A stretch of 64,000 nucleotides of DNA, taken from an uncultured bacterium. Its GTDB lineage: Bacteria; Patescibacteriota; Minisyncoccia; Phycocordibacterales; UBA9973. The translations under genes and the position numbers were made by a program. Location: contig CAITGV010000001.1 in the NCBI GenBank assembly GCA_903892035.1, forward strand, positions 155,624 through 219,623. The letters run 5' to 3'. Below the pieces are notes generated by a model. That model was given only the letters and a program-made list of their open reading frames with translations. It was not told the origin of the DNA and did not search any database. Each line of letters starts with the position of its first letter. Within the stretch, counting starts at the first letter, position 1. This document shows positions 55,460-64,000 of this stretch, piece after piece.

Positions 55460-56452
55460 TTAAAATAAACCCGGAATAAACATATACGGAACCTTTTCCA
55501 TATATTCCATATAATCACTATCATGCATCAAATGTTTTTCTTCTGTCACAGCTCGCAAATAATAAATAAAGCTCCATGCACAAAGACTAAATATAGCAAC
55601 AATACCAAATTTAACAATAAAAGGAATCCCCATAACCCACCAAACTAAATTCTTTGCTATATATGCAGGATGTCTTACATATTTGTATGGACCAGAAGAA
55701 ACAATACCTCTATTTGTTAAATTTGAAGCTTTAAATCCCAAGGCAATAGATGCAAACAAATAAATAATAAATAATAATATTGCCAGAATACTAAAAAGAA
55801 AATTTAATTTAATATTTCCAAAGTCGCTAAAATCTGATGAATACCATCCTAAAATCTTACCAGTAAAATCATTAAATGGTGGGTAACATACCAAAACCAC
55901 AAACCACCCTAGGGCTGTAGACTCAACAGACTTAACTATATTTTTTAATCCTCTTGATTCCACTAAATACCCGAAGCTAAAAATAAGGGTATCTATTATA
56001 AGGATTAAATAAAAAATAATTCTAATATAATAAAGATTGATATTTTCCAAATTCAAATTAAAAGAATGCTGTGACGCAAATAAATTTCTCAATATATAAA
56101 TATTACCAATAGTGAAGTGTAACATTAGTGGTACAAAAAATATTTTTACACCATAAAAGAGTAAGGAAATTTTTTCATTTTGCGCAATAACGAAATCACT
56201 TTTAATTTTATTTTTAAAAATATAATTAAATATTTTTATTAGACCTAGTTTAATTTGATTAATTCTTGATTCTTCAAAATTGTCTTGTTTTCTAAAAAAA
56301 ATACTGAAGCAATACAATAACAATAGGATTAAAATTATATTGAATGCTTGTACTCCATATAAATTACGAGTAAAAGATAGTGATGATAGGATTAAAAGAG
56401 GTATACCATAAACTAAAAAAGTATATTTTATTAATTTAATTTTGTTATTCAT
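55460..56452 (-). CDS. polytopic membrane protein with C-terminal ICMT/PEMT-like methyltransferase domain
   Basis: C-terminal GPYKYVRHPAYIA motif. Confidence 0.5.
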   Translation of the reverse strand: MNNKIKLIKYTFLVYGIPLLILSSLSFTRNLYGVQAFNIILILLLLYCFSIFFRKQDNFEESRINQIKLGLIKIFNYIFKNKIKSDFVIAQNEKISLLFYGVKIFFVPLMLHFTIGNIYILRNLFASQHSFNLNLENINLYYIRIIFYLILIIDTLIFSFGYLVESRGLKNIVKSVESTALGWFVVLVCYPPFNDFTGKILGWYSSDFSDFGNIKLNFLFSILAILLFIIYLFASIALGFKASNLTNRGIVSSGPYKYVRHPAYIAKNLVWWVMGIPFIVKFGIVAIFSLCAWSFIYYLRAVTEEKHLMHDSDYMEYMEKVPYMFIPGLF

Positions 56453-56453
56453 A

Positions 56454-58133
56454 TTATTTCAATATATCAACGATTCGCAACCTTATCTCGTTTTTACCAG
56501 CAAAACGAGAAAATTCTAATGTAGCAATAAGATTTATTTTATTTCCTATTTCAATTGGTATAGAAAAGTCATCAAAAGTTTTAAAAAATGCAATTGCGGT
56601 GATTTTTTTCCCTCGAGAATTTTTAAATTTTAATTCAAGATGATTCTTTTCTTTACCAAAAAGTTTTGCTTCACTAATTTCAATAGTTTCAAAGAGAAAA
56701 GTTGGTTTTGGATTTCCAAGCCCACATGGTGAAAATTGTTCCACAACTTTCCACAAATCTGCATCTACAGAATCTACTGAAATTTTTGCATCAACTTTTA
56801 CATCACCGATACCTTCTTCTTTTTCTTTCGCCTGCCCTGAACTTGTTGAACGGGTCAACTCATGAAACGCTTTTTCAATTCTTTCAGGCAAAAAATGAAT
56901 TTCTTCGCGTGACACAGAAAAACCTCCAGCAAGTTCATGCCCACCAAAACCCATAAATGCAGTATTTATGTGCGTCATAAGTTCCACGACATTGATTGTT
57001 CCGTCTGACCGACAAGAACCCTTTATGTCACTATCACCATTTTGCCCCCACACAAAAGCTGGTTTTCCATAGTGATCAGTGAGTTTCCCAGCGACAAGCC
57101 CAAGTACCCCAAATTGCCATTTAGGATTGCCCACGACGATTACAGAGCATTCCTCGCGGTCCTTAAGTGTCGCATGCACATCTTTCATAATGCCTGCGAC
57201 CAAAGTTTTACGTGTGTCATTTATTTTTGTCAGATGTGTTGCAAGTGCAATTGCTTCTGCTGGTTTTTCTGTTACCAATAATTCAAAGGCTCGATCTGGA
57301 TCATCCATTCTTGATGCTGCATTTAACCTTGGTGTCACCATAAAAGTAATGTCTTCTTCTGTTAGATATCTTTGTTCAATTTTCATAGCAGAAAAAAGTT
57401 CTCGCAACCCTAATCGTGGAGATTTTTGCAAAACTTTTATACCAAAAAATGCTATCGCTCTATTTTCATTTACGAGTGGAACCATATCAGAAAGTGTCGC
57501 AAGACCTGCCATATCAAGAAGCCATTTTTCCGCCCCTTCCTTTATTTTCCAATACTCTCCATATTTTTTTATAAGTCCCTGCACCAACTTAAAAACAACT
57601 CCGGCACCGCAAAGCATCGAGTCAGGATAACTTCCCAATTTTGGATTTACTATGGCATACGCTTTCGGAAGTATTTCGTGTGGGATATGATGATCTGTAA
57701 TAATTACATCTATTCCATTTGCTTGTGCTTCAGCAGTTTCAGCAACTGCAGTGATACCCAAATCAATAGTTATTAAAAGTTTTGTTCCATCTTCAATAAA
57801 ACCTTTTATTGCTTCCATGTGCAGTCCATATCCTTCATCGTGGCGATGTGGAATATAATAGTGCACATTTTCATATCCTATTTGTTTAAAAAAATCATGG
57901 AGAACCACAGCTCCAGGAATACCATCACAATCATAATCACTGTAAACTGTAATCAGCTCTTTCGCTTCCACCGCTTCAAAAATACGCACACAAGCACGCT
58001 CCATATCGTGCATTAAAAAAGGATCATAAAAATCTCTTTCATAATTTGGTCTCAAGAATTTTTCTTTAGCCTCTGCGCCTTCTATCCCCCTATTTCTTAA
58101 AAGCACGCCCATTAAATTTTCCACATCTTGCAT
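56454..58133 (-). CDS. recJ: single-stranded-DNA-specific exonuclease RecJ
   Basis: DHH motifs (DYDCDG, DHH) plus DHHA1 and OB-fold C-terminus. Confidence 0.85.
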   Translation of the reverse strand: MQDVENLMGVLLRNRGIEGAEAKEKFLRPNYERDFYDPFLMHDMERACVRIFEAVEAKELITVYSDYDCDGIPGAVVLHDFFKQIGYENVHYYIPHRHDEGYGLHMEAIKGFIEDGTKLLITIDLGITAVAETAEAQANGIDVIITDHHIPHEILPKAYAIVNPKLGSYPDSMLCGAGVVFKLVQGLIKKYGEYWKIKEGAEKWLLDMAGLATLSDMVPLVNENRAIAFFGIKVLQKSPRLGLRELFSAMKIEQRYLTEEDITFMVTPRLNAASRMDDPDRAFELLVTEKPAEAIALATHLTKINDTRKTLVAGIMKDVHATLKDREECSVIVVGNPKWQFGVLGLVAGKLTDHYGKPAFVWGQNGDSDIKGSCRSDGTINVVELMTHINTAFMGFGGHELAGGFSVSREEIHFLPERIEKAFHELTRSTSSGQAKEKEEGIGDVKVDAKISVDSVDADLWKVVEQFSPCGLGNPKPTFLFETIEISEAKLFGKEKNHLELKFKNSRGKKITAIAFFKTFDDFSIPIEIGNKINLIATLEFSRFAGKNEIRLRIVDILK

Positions 58134-58137
58134 AGAA

Positions 58138-58554
58138 ATGATTTTAGCATATACTTTGCTTATGAACGACTTAAATTGTATTTTCTGTAAAATTGTAAAA
58201 GGTGAAATTCCTAGCGAAAAAATTTATGAGGATGAAAATTTGCTCGCTTTTATGGATATTTTTCCTATCAATAAAGGCCACGTACTTATAATCACAAAAG
58301 ACCACTATCAATGGATGCAAGACGTGCCAGATGAATTGATATCAAAAAGTTTTATTAAAACAAAAGAATTGATAACCGCTATAAAAAATGGAGTTGGTGC
58401 AGACTACGTACAAATATCAGTTGTAGGAAAAGACGTCCCACATTTTCACATACACTTAATTCCCCGCTTCAATGATGACGGTTTTTCAAATTGGGAAACA
58501 AAAAAATACGAAGAAGGAGAAATAAAAGAATTTGCTGATAAAATAAGAGGTTAG
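58138..58554 (+). CDS. HIT-family protein
   Basis: Histidine triad HFHIHLIP. Confidence 0.85.
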   Translation: MILAYTLLMNDLNCIFCKIVKGEIPSEKIYEDENLLAFMDIFPINKGHVLIITKDHYQWMQDVPDELISKSFIKTKELITAIKNGVGADYVQISVVGKDVPHFHIHLIPRFNDDGFSNWETKKYEEGEIKEFADKIRG

Positions 58555-58557
58555 GTA

Positions 58558-58627
58558 TTTTCCTTCCTTGATAACCCAGTAGGTCAATGTTCTCATTGAG
58601 GGATGGTTTCGAAGGGCGGATGGGTTT
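58558..58627. repeat. palindromic repeat element, copy E
   Basis: CCUUCCUUGAUAA, an inverted copy of the copy-F insert, and tail CGAAGGGCGGAUGGGUUUU. Abuts the HIT stop and overlaps the pgk stop. Confidence 0.65.
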
Positions 58628-58629
58628 TA

Positions 58630-59748
58630 TTATTTGAGTGCCCTTATTCCAGGCAGTGTGCCTTTTGCTAGAAAATCCAAAGTTGCTCCACCACCTGTAG
58701 AAACAAAAGTAAATTTATGAGAAAGTTTTTTACGCTCTACAAGTACTGCAGTATCTCCACCACCAATTATTGTCTCACCTTTAGCTTTTGAAAGCAGGTC
58801 AAGAAGTTTTTCTGTGCCTTTTACATAACCACCTTCGTAGTAACCCATCGGCCCATTCCAGAGGATTACTTTTGCTTTATTTATAAGTGGCGCCAATGCT
58901 TCAATCGAAGGCAAACCTGCATCATAAATCATTTCATCTTTCTCTACAGCCTGTGCAGATACCGTGCTCGATTTTTTTTCTTTATCTACAACTAAAACAG
59001 TGTTAGGAATAATTAATTTTTTATTCTTTAGTATATTTTTTACAGAAGGTGCTTCTTTATCATATATAGATTGACCAATTTCAAAACCTTCATCATAAAA
59101 AAAATTATTTGCGAGTACTCCTCCAACAAAAACATTGTCCGCAATTTTCAAAAATCTTTTAAGTAATGGTAATTTGGTTTCAATTTTTGCTCCACCTAAA
59201 ATAAAGAGAAATGGTTTTTTTGGTTTTAGTGCTTTTGAAAGCTCTTTTACCTCACGTTCCATTTGGAGACCTGCAAATGCTGGCAACAATTTTGGTAAAA
59301 GAACAATTGAAGAATCTGCTCTGTGTGATACAGGAAAAGCTTCATTTACATAAAAATCTCCATATTTTGCAAGCTCTTTTGCAAATTTTATATCTCCATC
59401 TTTCTCACCAACGTTGCTACGTAAATTTTCCAACAAGACAACATCACCATTTTTCATATCTTCAATTACTTTTTTTGCTTTTTCACCAAAAATTTCAGAC
59501 ACAAATGTAACTTTAGTATTTTTATTTAAAATTTTTGCGACAGGAGCAAGGGATTCTTTTGGGTCTCTACCAATATGACTTATGAGAATTATTTTTGCAC
59601 CTTTCTTTTTCAAGAGCTCAATACTAGGAAGTATAACTTTGATTCGGAGAGTATCAAGAATTTTTCCGTTATCAATAGGCACATTGAAATCGACACGCAT
59701 TAAAACTTTTTTTCCTTTGCAATTTTTTATCTGTTTTATTGTTCTCAT
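58630..59748 (-). CDS. pgk: phosphoglycerate kinase
   Basis: Full-length PGK pattern. Confidence 0.95.
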   Translation of the reverse strand: MRTIKQIKNCKGKKVLMRVDFNVPIDNGKILDTLRIKVILPSIELLKKKGAKIILISHIGRDPKESLAPVAKILNKNTKVTFVSEIFGEKAKKVIEDMKNGDVVLLENLRSNVGEKDGDIKFAKELAKYGDFYVNEAFPVSHRADSSIVLLPKLLPAFAGLQMEREVKELSKALKPKKPFLFILGGAKIETKLPLLKRFLKIADNVFVGGVLANNFFYDEGFEIGQSIYDKEAPSVKNILKNKKLIIPNTVLVVDKEKKSSTVSAQAVEKDEMIYDAGLPSIEALAPLINKAKVILWNGPMGYYEGGYVKGTEKLLDLLSKAKGETIIGGGDTAVLVERKKLSHKFTFVSTGGGATLDFLAKGTLPGIRALK

Positions 59749-59749
59749 T

Positions 59750-60508
59750 TTATTTAATATCAGATGCTATTTTTAAAATTTTCCCAAACTTTTTTGCATC
59801 CAAGCTTGCACGCCCGAGCAATAATCCAAAAGCTCCTCCTAAGGTCATAAAATTTCCAGCATCACTCTCGTCCGCAGAACCACCATAAAGTATAGGAATT
59901 TCTTTTACTATTTTCTCATCAGTAATATCTGATACAACTTTTTTAATAAAAATATTCATCTCAAGTGCTTCTTCTGAAGTTGCGGTACGTGTAGCACTAG
60001 CACCAATAGCCCACACGGGTTCATAGGCAATAATTATATTTTTTATTGCAGACTTTGGTATATCTAAAAATGCATATTTAATTTGATTTGCAACAAATTG
60101 TAAATATGTATGGGCTTCGTCGCGTTCTCTTTCACCCACACAGAGAATTGGGGTGATTTTATTTTTTAATAAATTTTTTATTTTTAGATTTATCTGTTGG
60201 TCAGTATCACTAAGCGCTCGGCATTCTGAATGGCCTACAATACAGTACTTTACTCCAAGAGATGCGAGCATTGATGCAGATACGCCCCCTGTAACTGCAC
60301 CTGACTCAAGATGTGAGACATTCTGAGAACCCAAACCGATACGCCCCATACCTATTTTTTTTAATGTTTCTAAATATACAAACGGAGCACATACTATAAT
60401 ATTTGCCTTTGACCCTACTATATTTTTCTTTACTTCTTTAAATAATTTTTCAGCCTCTTTTTTTGAAGCTGGATTCATTTTCCAATTCCCAACTATGATT
60501 TTTTTCAT
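59750..60508 (-). CDS. tpiA: triosephosphate isomerase
   Basis: GNWKMN and AYEPVWAIG motifs. Start is MKKIIVGNWK; the ORF tool's 27-aa N-extension is rejected. Confidence 0.9.
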   Translation of the reverse strand: MKKIIVGNWKMNPASKKEAEKLFKEVKKNIVGSKANIIVCAPFVYLETLKKIGMGRIGLGSQNVSHLESGAVTGGVSASMLASLGVKYCIVGHSECRALSDTDQQINLKIKNLLKNKITPILCVGERERDEAHTYLQFVANQIKYAFLDIPKSAIKNIIIAYEPVWAIGASATRTATSEEALEMNIFIKKVVSDITDEKIVKEIPILYGGSADESDAGNFMTLGGAFGLLLGRASLDAKKFGKILKIASDIK

Positions 60509-60555
60509 AGCTGTATTATAGCAACAAATGAGGAGCACGAACAAATCTGCGGGAA

Positions 60556-62391
60556 TTACTGCGACTCCCCCCAACCATTTATGGTCCACGCACCAGAAGG
60601 CCCACCGATGAAATTTTGATTTATAAGCCCACTGTCATACACAAGTTCGGAACTACTTCCAAGACTTATTCCATACCCAGTAATTTGCCTTGCATAAGCA
60701 TTTCTTCTTGTAGTTATTGTGCCATTAGCTGCGTATAAAATACCAGCATCAACATGACTAGCCAAATTTATAGCATTATTATTATTGATATAATTATCAT
60801 GATTTTCATAATAATTATGGCTATTATTATCACACCCATTACCACTTGGACAGGTGCTGGTAGTTAATGTTAAAACATAACTTCCCACTGTTCCTGAATT
60901 TTGAAGATTACCATAGCGCTGAACGGTAACAGTGCCATTTACAATAATAGCTACGCTTGAAGCGCCATATGAAGATGAGGGTTGAATAGTTGCACTATTA
61001 TCTACAATAAGATTTCCTGTTACCCATATATTTCCTGTTAAAGAAAGGGTATGACCATTGTCTACCACAAGATCTCCAACTATCTTCTTTGGTCCTAATG
61101 ACACATTATTTGAATTAATAGTATAATTTCCATTTATAGTGCCACCTGTTAATGCGTCATTCTCCCAATCAGCAATATTTTGGTCAGAAATTGGAAAACC
61201 TATTGGAGGTGAATCAGCAAGTGAAGTATTGCAACTTTTATTATTGTGACTTCCTGTTTGACAATAATTTGTTCCAGCAATATTTGAATTTGTAACTGAA
61301 TGAGCATATGTATTTCCGACATTATTTGTTCCAACATTAATATTATCAATTGATCCACTTCCTCCATTTAAAAATACTTTAAAGAAAATGTCAGCATTTG
61401 ATGGATTGTTTGCATTCCAAATATTTTGATTATTGTCTTCTTGCCTATAATAATTTCCAATTTTTGAAGTACCATTGTTATAAGAAGCATTGGCACCAAT
61501 TGTATAATAATTTTCATGTGAACTTCCTCCATCAAAAACTATCCAATATGTAGTATTTGTCGACAATTGTGGATTTGTACTAAATGTAATATTTACCCAT
61601 CCATATGTAGTAGAAACAAGAGATGCAGAGACGGTGCTCCTTGTTAAGTAATTATTACTCGGTAGACCGTTATTGTTATTTACAATATAAACGTAACCAT
61701 TTGATGGACTACCTATCTTTTTAAGATACAAAGATATTTGGCTCAATCTCCCACTTGTACTCACCTGAAAACTTTGAGCTATGTCTGTCGTATTTGAATT
61801 TTGATTTAGGGTAATGTTGTATGCTGGAGTTCCAGATCCATTTTGTTGGTCCGCACTCGATGCAATACTATTTGCTGCAGTTGCACTTCCTGTTACACTT
61901 GCGTTACTACCTTGGCCTCCTGAAATATTTCCATTTGAATAAACACTTCCATTTACTACTGTACTTTGCCCCATTGAAAGTCCTAAATCTCCTGCCTGAA
62001 TTCCATATGTAAATGAAAGCCCAGAACCGACATTGACTGCTGCAGAAATTTTTCTTTGATAATTTGAAACATTTCCTGTCGATAAAATATTTTTAATTCC
62101 CAAACCTGCATCGGTGATTGTAGTCGTCGCAGAACTCGAATTTAAAGAAATAGTCTCGGTATTTGAAATAGTCATTCTGTTTTGCAGTCTGTACAATGCA
62201 TCTTCAACTCCAGACTCAGCCAAATAATAACTTTGTTTAGAGGAATATGACTGACTCGAAACATGATACTCTCGCGATACGGGAGAAACAATACTTCCAA
62301 TCACCGCAGTAGAAGAAAGCATAAAAAATACCACAGCAATCAAAAGCGCAGCACCCTTATCTAATTTAATTTTTTTAATATATTTTTTCAT
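60556..62391 (-). CDS. PilX_N-like large pilus-associated protein (N/S/T/G-rich, adhesin-like)
   Basis: N-terminal MKK...KGAALLIAVVFFMLSS hydrophobic segment resembling a PilX N-domain; ~560-aa low-complexity ectodomain. Confidence 0.45.
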   Translation of the reverse strand: MKKYIKKIKLDKGAALLIAVVFFMLSSTAVIGSIVSPVSREYHVSSQSYSSKQSYYLAESGVEDALYRLQNRMTISNTETISLNSSSATTTITDAGLGIKNILSTGNVSNYQRKISAAVNVGSGLSFTYGIQAGDLGLSMGQSTVVNGSVYSNGNISGGQGSNASVTGSATAANSIASSADQQNGSGTPAYNITLNQNSNTTDIAQSFQVSTSGRLSQISLYLKKIGSPSNGYVYIVNNNNGLPSNNYLTRSTVSASLVSTTYGWVNITFSTNPQLSTNTTYWIVFDGGSSHENYYTIGANASYNNGTSKIGNYYRQEDNNQNIWNANNPSNADIFFKVFLNGGSGSIDNINVGTNNVGNTYAHSVTNSNIAGTNYCQTGSHNNKSCNTSLADSPPIGFPISDQNIADWENDALTGGTINGNYTINSNNVSLGPKKIVGDLVVDNGHTLSLTGNIWVTGNLIVDNSATIQPSSSYGASSVAIIVNGTVTVQRYGNLQNSGTVGSYVLTLTTSTCPSGNGCDNNSHNYYENHDNYINNNNAINLASHVDAGILYAANGTITTRRNAYARQITGYGISLGSSSELVYDSGLINQNFIGGPSGAWTINGWGESQ

Positions 62392-62393
62392 TT

Positions 62394-62912
62394 TTAATAT
62401 GCTCCACGCAATATACTAGTATCATAAAAATTTTCTGTATGGGTCGTGATCTTATTATCACGCAAAGTCATTTCAACTTTTATAGCATAGCCGTGAATTG
62501 TCGTGATTAGTCTGAAAACCAAATTTGTCACAGTGACATTTGAACTTGTGATATTACCTGTTACCACAGAATTTTCAGTCAAACGAACTGCACCATTTGA
62601 AACATCAAATTTAACTACCTTTGCATTTCCATTTGAATCAGTGGTGTTTAAAGTAAGTACACCAGGACTTGCATCTAGGGTACTATGCGCACTGTCTACA
62701 GAAACTGCATTTCGAATTTCACTTGTTATGCGATTCATAGAACTTGTACTCGAGTCCAAAATAGCATTGTTACCTCGAATTCTTGTGTAAGTCTTCGTCA
62801 TTATCATTACAGAATTAATAAAAACTATTGAAAAAATAGTAAATAAAACAACGTAAATCAACATTTCAATCAATGAATCTCCTTTATTTCTTTTTTTAAA
62901 AAAATTATTCAT
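62394..62912 (-). CDS. type IV pilin-like (prepilin N-terminal methylation motif) minor pilin
   Basis: KGDSLIEMLIYVVLFTI class III signal. Confidence 0.6.
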   Translation of the reverse strand: MNNFFKKRNKGDSLIEMLIYVVLFTIFSIVFINSVMIMTKTYTRIRGNNAILDSSTSSMNRITSEIRNAVSVDSAHSTLDASPGVLTLNTTDSNGNAKVVKFDVSNGAVRLTENSVVTGNITSSNVTVTNLVFRLITTIHGYAIKVEMTLRDNKITTHTENFYDTSILRGAY

Positions 62913-63400
62913 TAAGATAGAATGTCAGATACATAAAATGCTAAAGTTTTTGTGACCGTATTTCCAGCACTTAACCACGATACAGTGACTGTTACTTTCT
63001 TTGTACCAGTGTCATTTGTTCCACTGCTTGCAATATCATCATTTCCGTCACGATTTACTGCAGAAATTACTATAATTCTAGTAAATCTTGTGTCTACAGT
63101 AGAAGGAGTAGCGGAAAGTGACCAGACACCAGAACTATACCCAAGATAATAATTTGTTCCAGCAGTAAGACCTGTTATATTTGACCAACTATTATCACGA
63201 ATTATTTTTACTGCTTCAGCCCCTTCTTCTAATATGTATCCTGCCTGAGTATTTCTTAAAGCCAAATCATTCACAACAACAGTTTGATTTATCACGCCAG
63301 TAATTGCCACAGTAAGTAATGTTACAATCGATGCAACTACAACAACCTCAACTAAAGCTGCTCCAGTTTTTTTATTACTTCTCATATTACTATTATACAT
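62912..63400 (-). CDS. pilin-like protein (degenerate prepilin motif)
   Basis: KKTGAALVEVVVVASIV N-terminus; the start overlaps the upstream stop. Confidence 0.5.
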   Translation of the reverse strand: MYNSNMRSNKKTGAALVEVVVVASIVTLLTVAITGVINQTVVVNDLALRNTQAGYILEEGAEAVKIIRDNSWSNITGLTAGTNYYLGYSSGVWSLSATPSTVDTRFTRIIVISAVNRDGNDDIASSGTNDTGTKKVTVTVSWLSAGNTVTKTLAFYVSDILS

Positions 63401-63409
63401 TATTTTTTT

Positions 63410-63886
63410 CTAGGAGCCACTAACCAAACCGGTTTTTATTATTGTAATTGTTTTTGAAATAGAATTATTCCCGCCAGAAATCAAAGTGAGTGTTCCATCT
63501 TCTGCTGTGGTACCTGTAATTCTATCAAAAGTAACATTGGATCCTGCACCTGTGAGGGAAATTGATGACATTGTTACGCTACTATCAAAAGTAACAGTTA
63601 CATTTGTTGATAGATTTGCCGTGTAAGTACTTCCAATAAACATTACAGCTTTGTCTGACTGAAAATGAACACTGTAGTTTGTAGAATTTAATGAAGATAT
63701 AGTATTTTCTCGTGCCGTATTTAATAATGAAATGACATCTCCTTCTGCTCCTGCTAAAATTTGTACTTTACTTGAATTTCCAAATGAAATTACAACAGCT
63801 GCACCAATTATAATAATAATTGAAATAGTAATTACTGCCTCAAGTATTGTAAAACCACTGCTAATTTTTTTAAAATAATTATTCAT
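63410..63886 (-). CDS. type IV pilin/pseudopilin
   Basis: SGFTILEAVITISIIIII class III signal with Glu+5. Confidence 0.65.
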   Translation of the reverse strand: MNNYFKKISSGFTILEAVITISIIIIIGAAVVISFGNSSKVQILAGAEGDVISLLNTARENTISSLNSTNYSVHFQSDKAVMFIGSTYTANLSTNVTVTFDSSVTMSSISLTGAGSNVTFDRITGTTAEDGTLTLISGGNNSISKTITIIKTGLVSGS

Positions 63887-64000
63887 TTATCCAATATTAT
63901 TCATTAGTGAGTACATAGGTGTGATCATTGAAACTGCGAAAAATCCAACACCTGCACCAATAAATATCATCATTATTGGCTCAATAATCGTAGAAAGATC
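63887..64000 (-). CDS. pilC: type IV pilus assembly protein PilC (GspF family), C-terminal fragment; 5' end beyond window
   Basis: C-terminal TM helix ...[32 protein letters not shown], typical of T2SS-F/PilC. Confidence 0.55.
   Translation of the reverse strand, partial: DLSTIIEPIMMIFIGAGVGFFAVSMITPMYSLMNNIG

Overview
This is an AT-rich (~33% GC), densely packed bacterial window dominated by core housekeeping genes. The gene content and architecture are consistent with a reduced-genome Patescibacteria/CPR-like organism (my inference from small genes, ribosomal proteins with extensions, competence/type IV pilus genes and no biosynthetic clutter). The backbone holds a long minus-strand run: recG fragment, ftsH, GIY-YIG gene, tmRNA (ssrA), smpB. 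It continues with infC-rpmI-rplT on the plus strand, ndk, map, adk-secY, and the large ribosomal-protein cluster (rplO...rpsS, rplB...rpsJ, tuf, fusA, rpsG, rpsL). That cluster is cut into several separately terminated units. The rest of the window carries guaA, sod, a split comEC, rnhA, recJ, pgk-tpiA and a type IV pilus/minor-pilin operon that ends in a partial pilC. Non-core content sits in small islands. One is a tRNA with a UAU anticodon wedged between two ORFs, one of them an HTH-plus-LAGLIDADG-like protein. Another is a family of about 100-bp palindromic MITE/REP-like repeats with six copies. Two inverted copies bracket a DUF559 endonuclease gene plus an unknown ORF, and the repeat supplies that gene's start codon and its last 17 codons. 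The others include a VirB4/TraG-like P-loop ATPase translationally coupled to a CYTH protein, an internally duplicated Cys-rich protein, and a DinD/Bro-N-like gene whose promoter spacer contains a Gram-positive-type LexA (GAAC-N4-GTTC) box. Two multi-gene insertions interrupt the ribosomal operons. All calls are from reading motifs in the supplied translations and DNA; no database searches were run.
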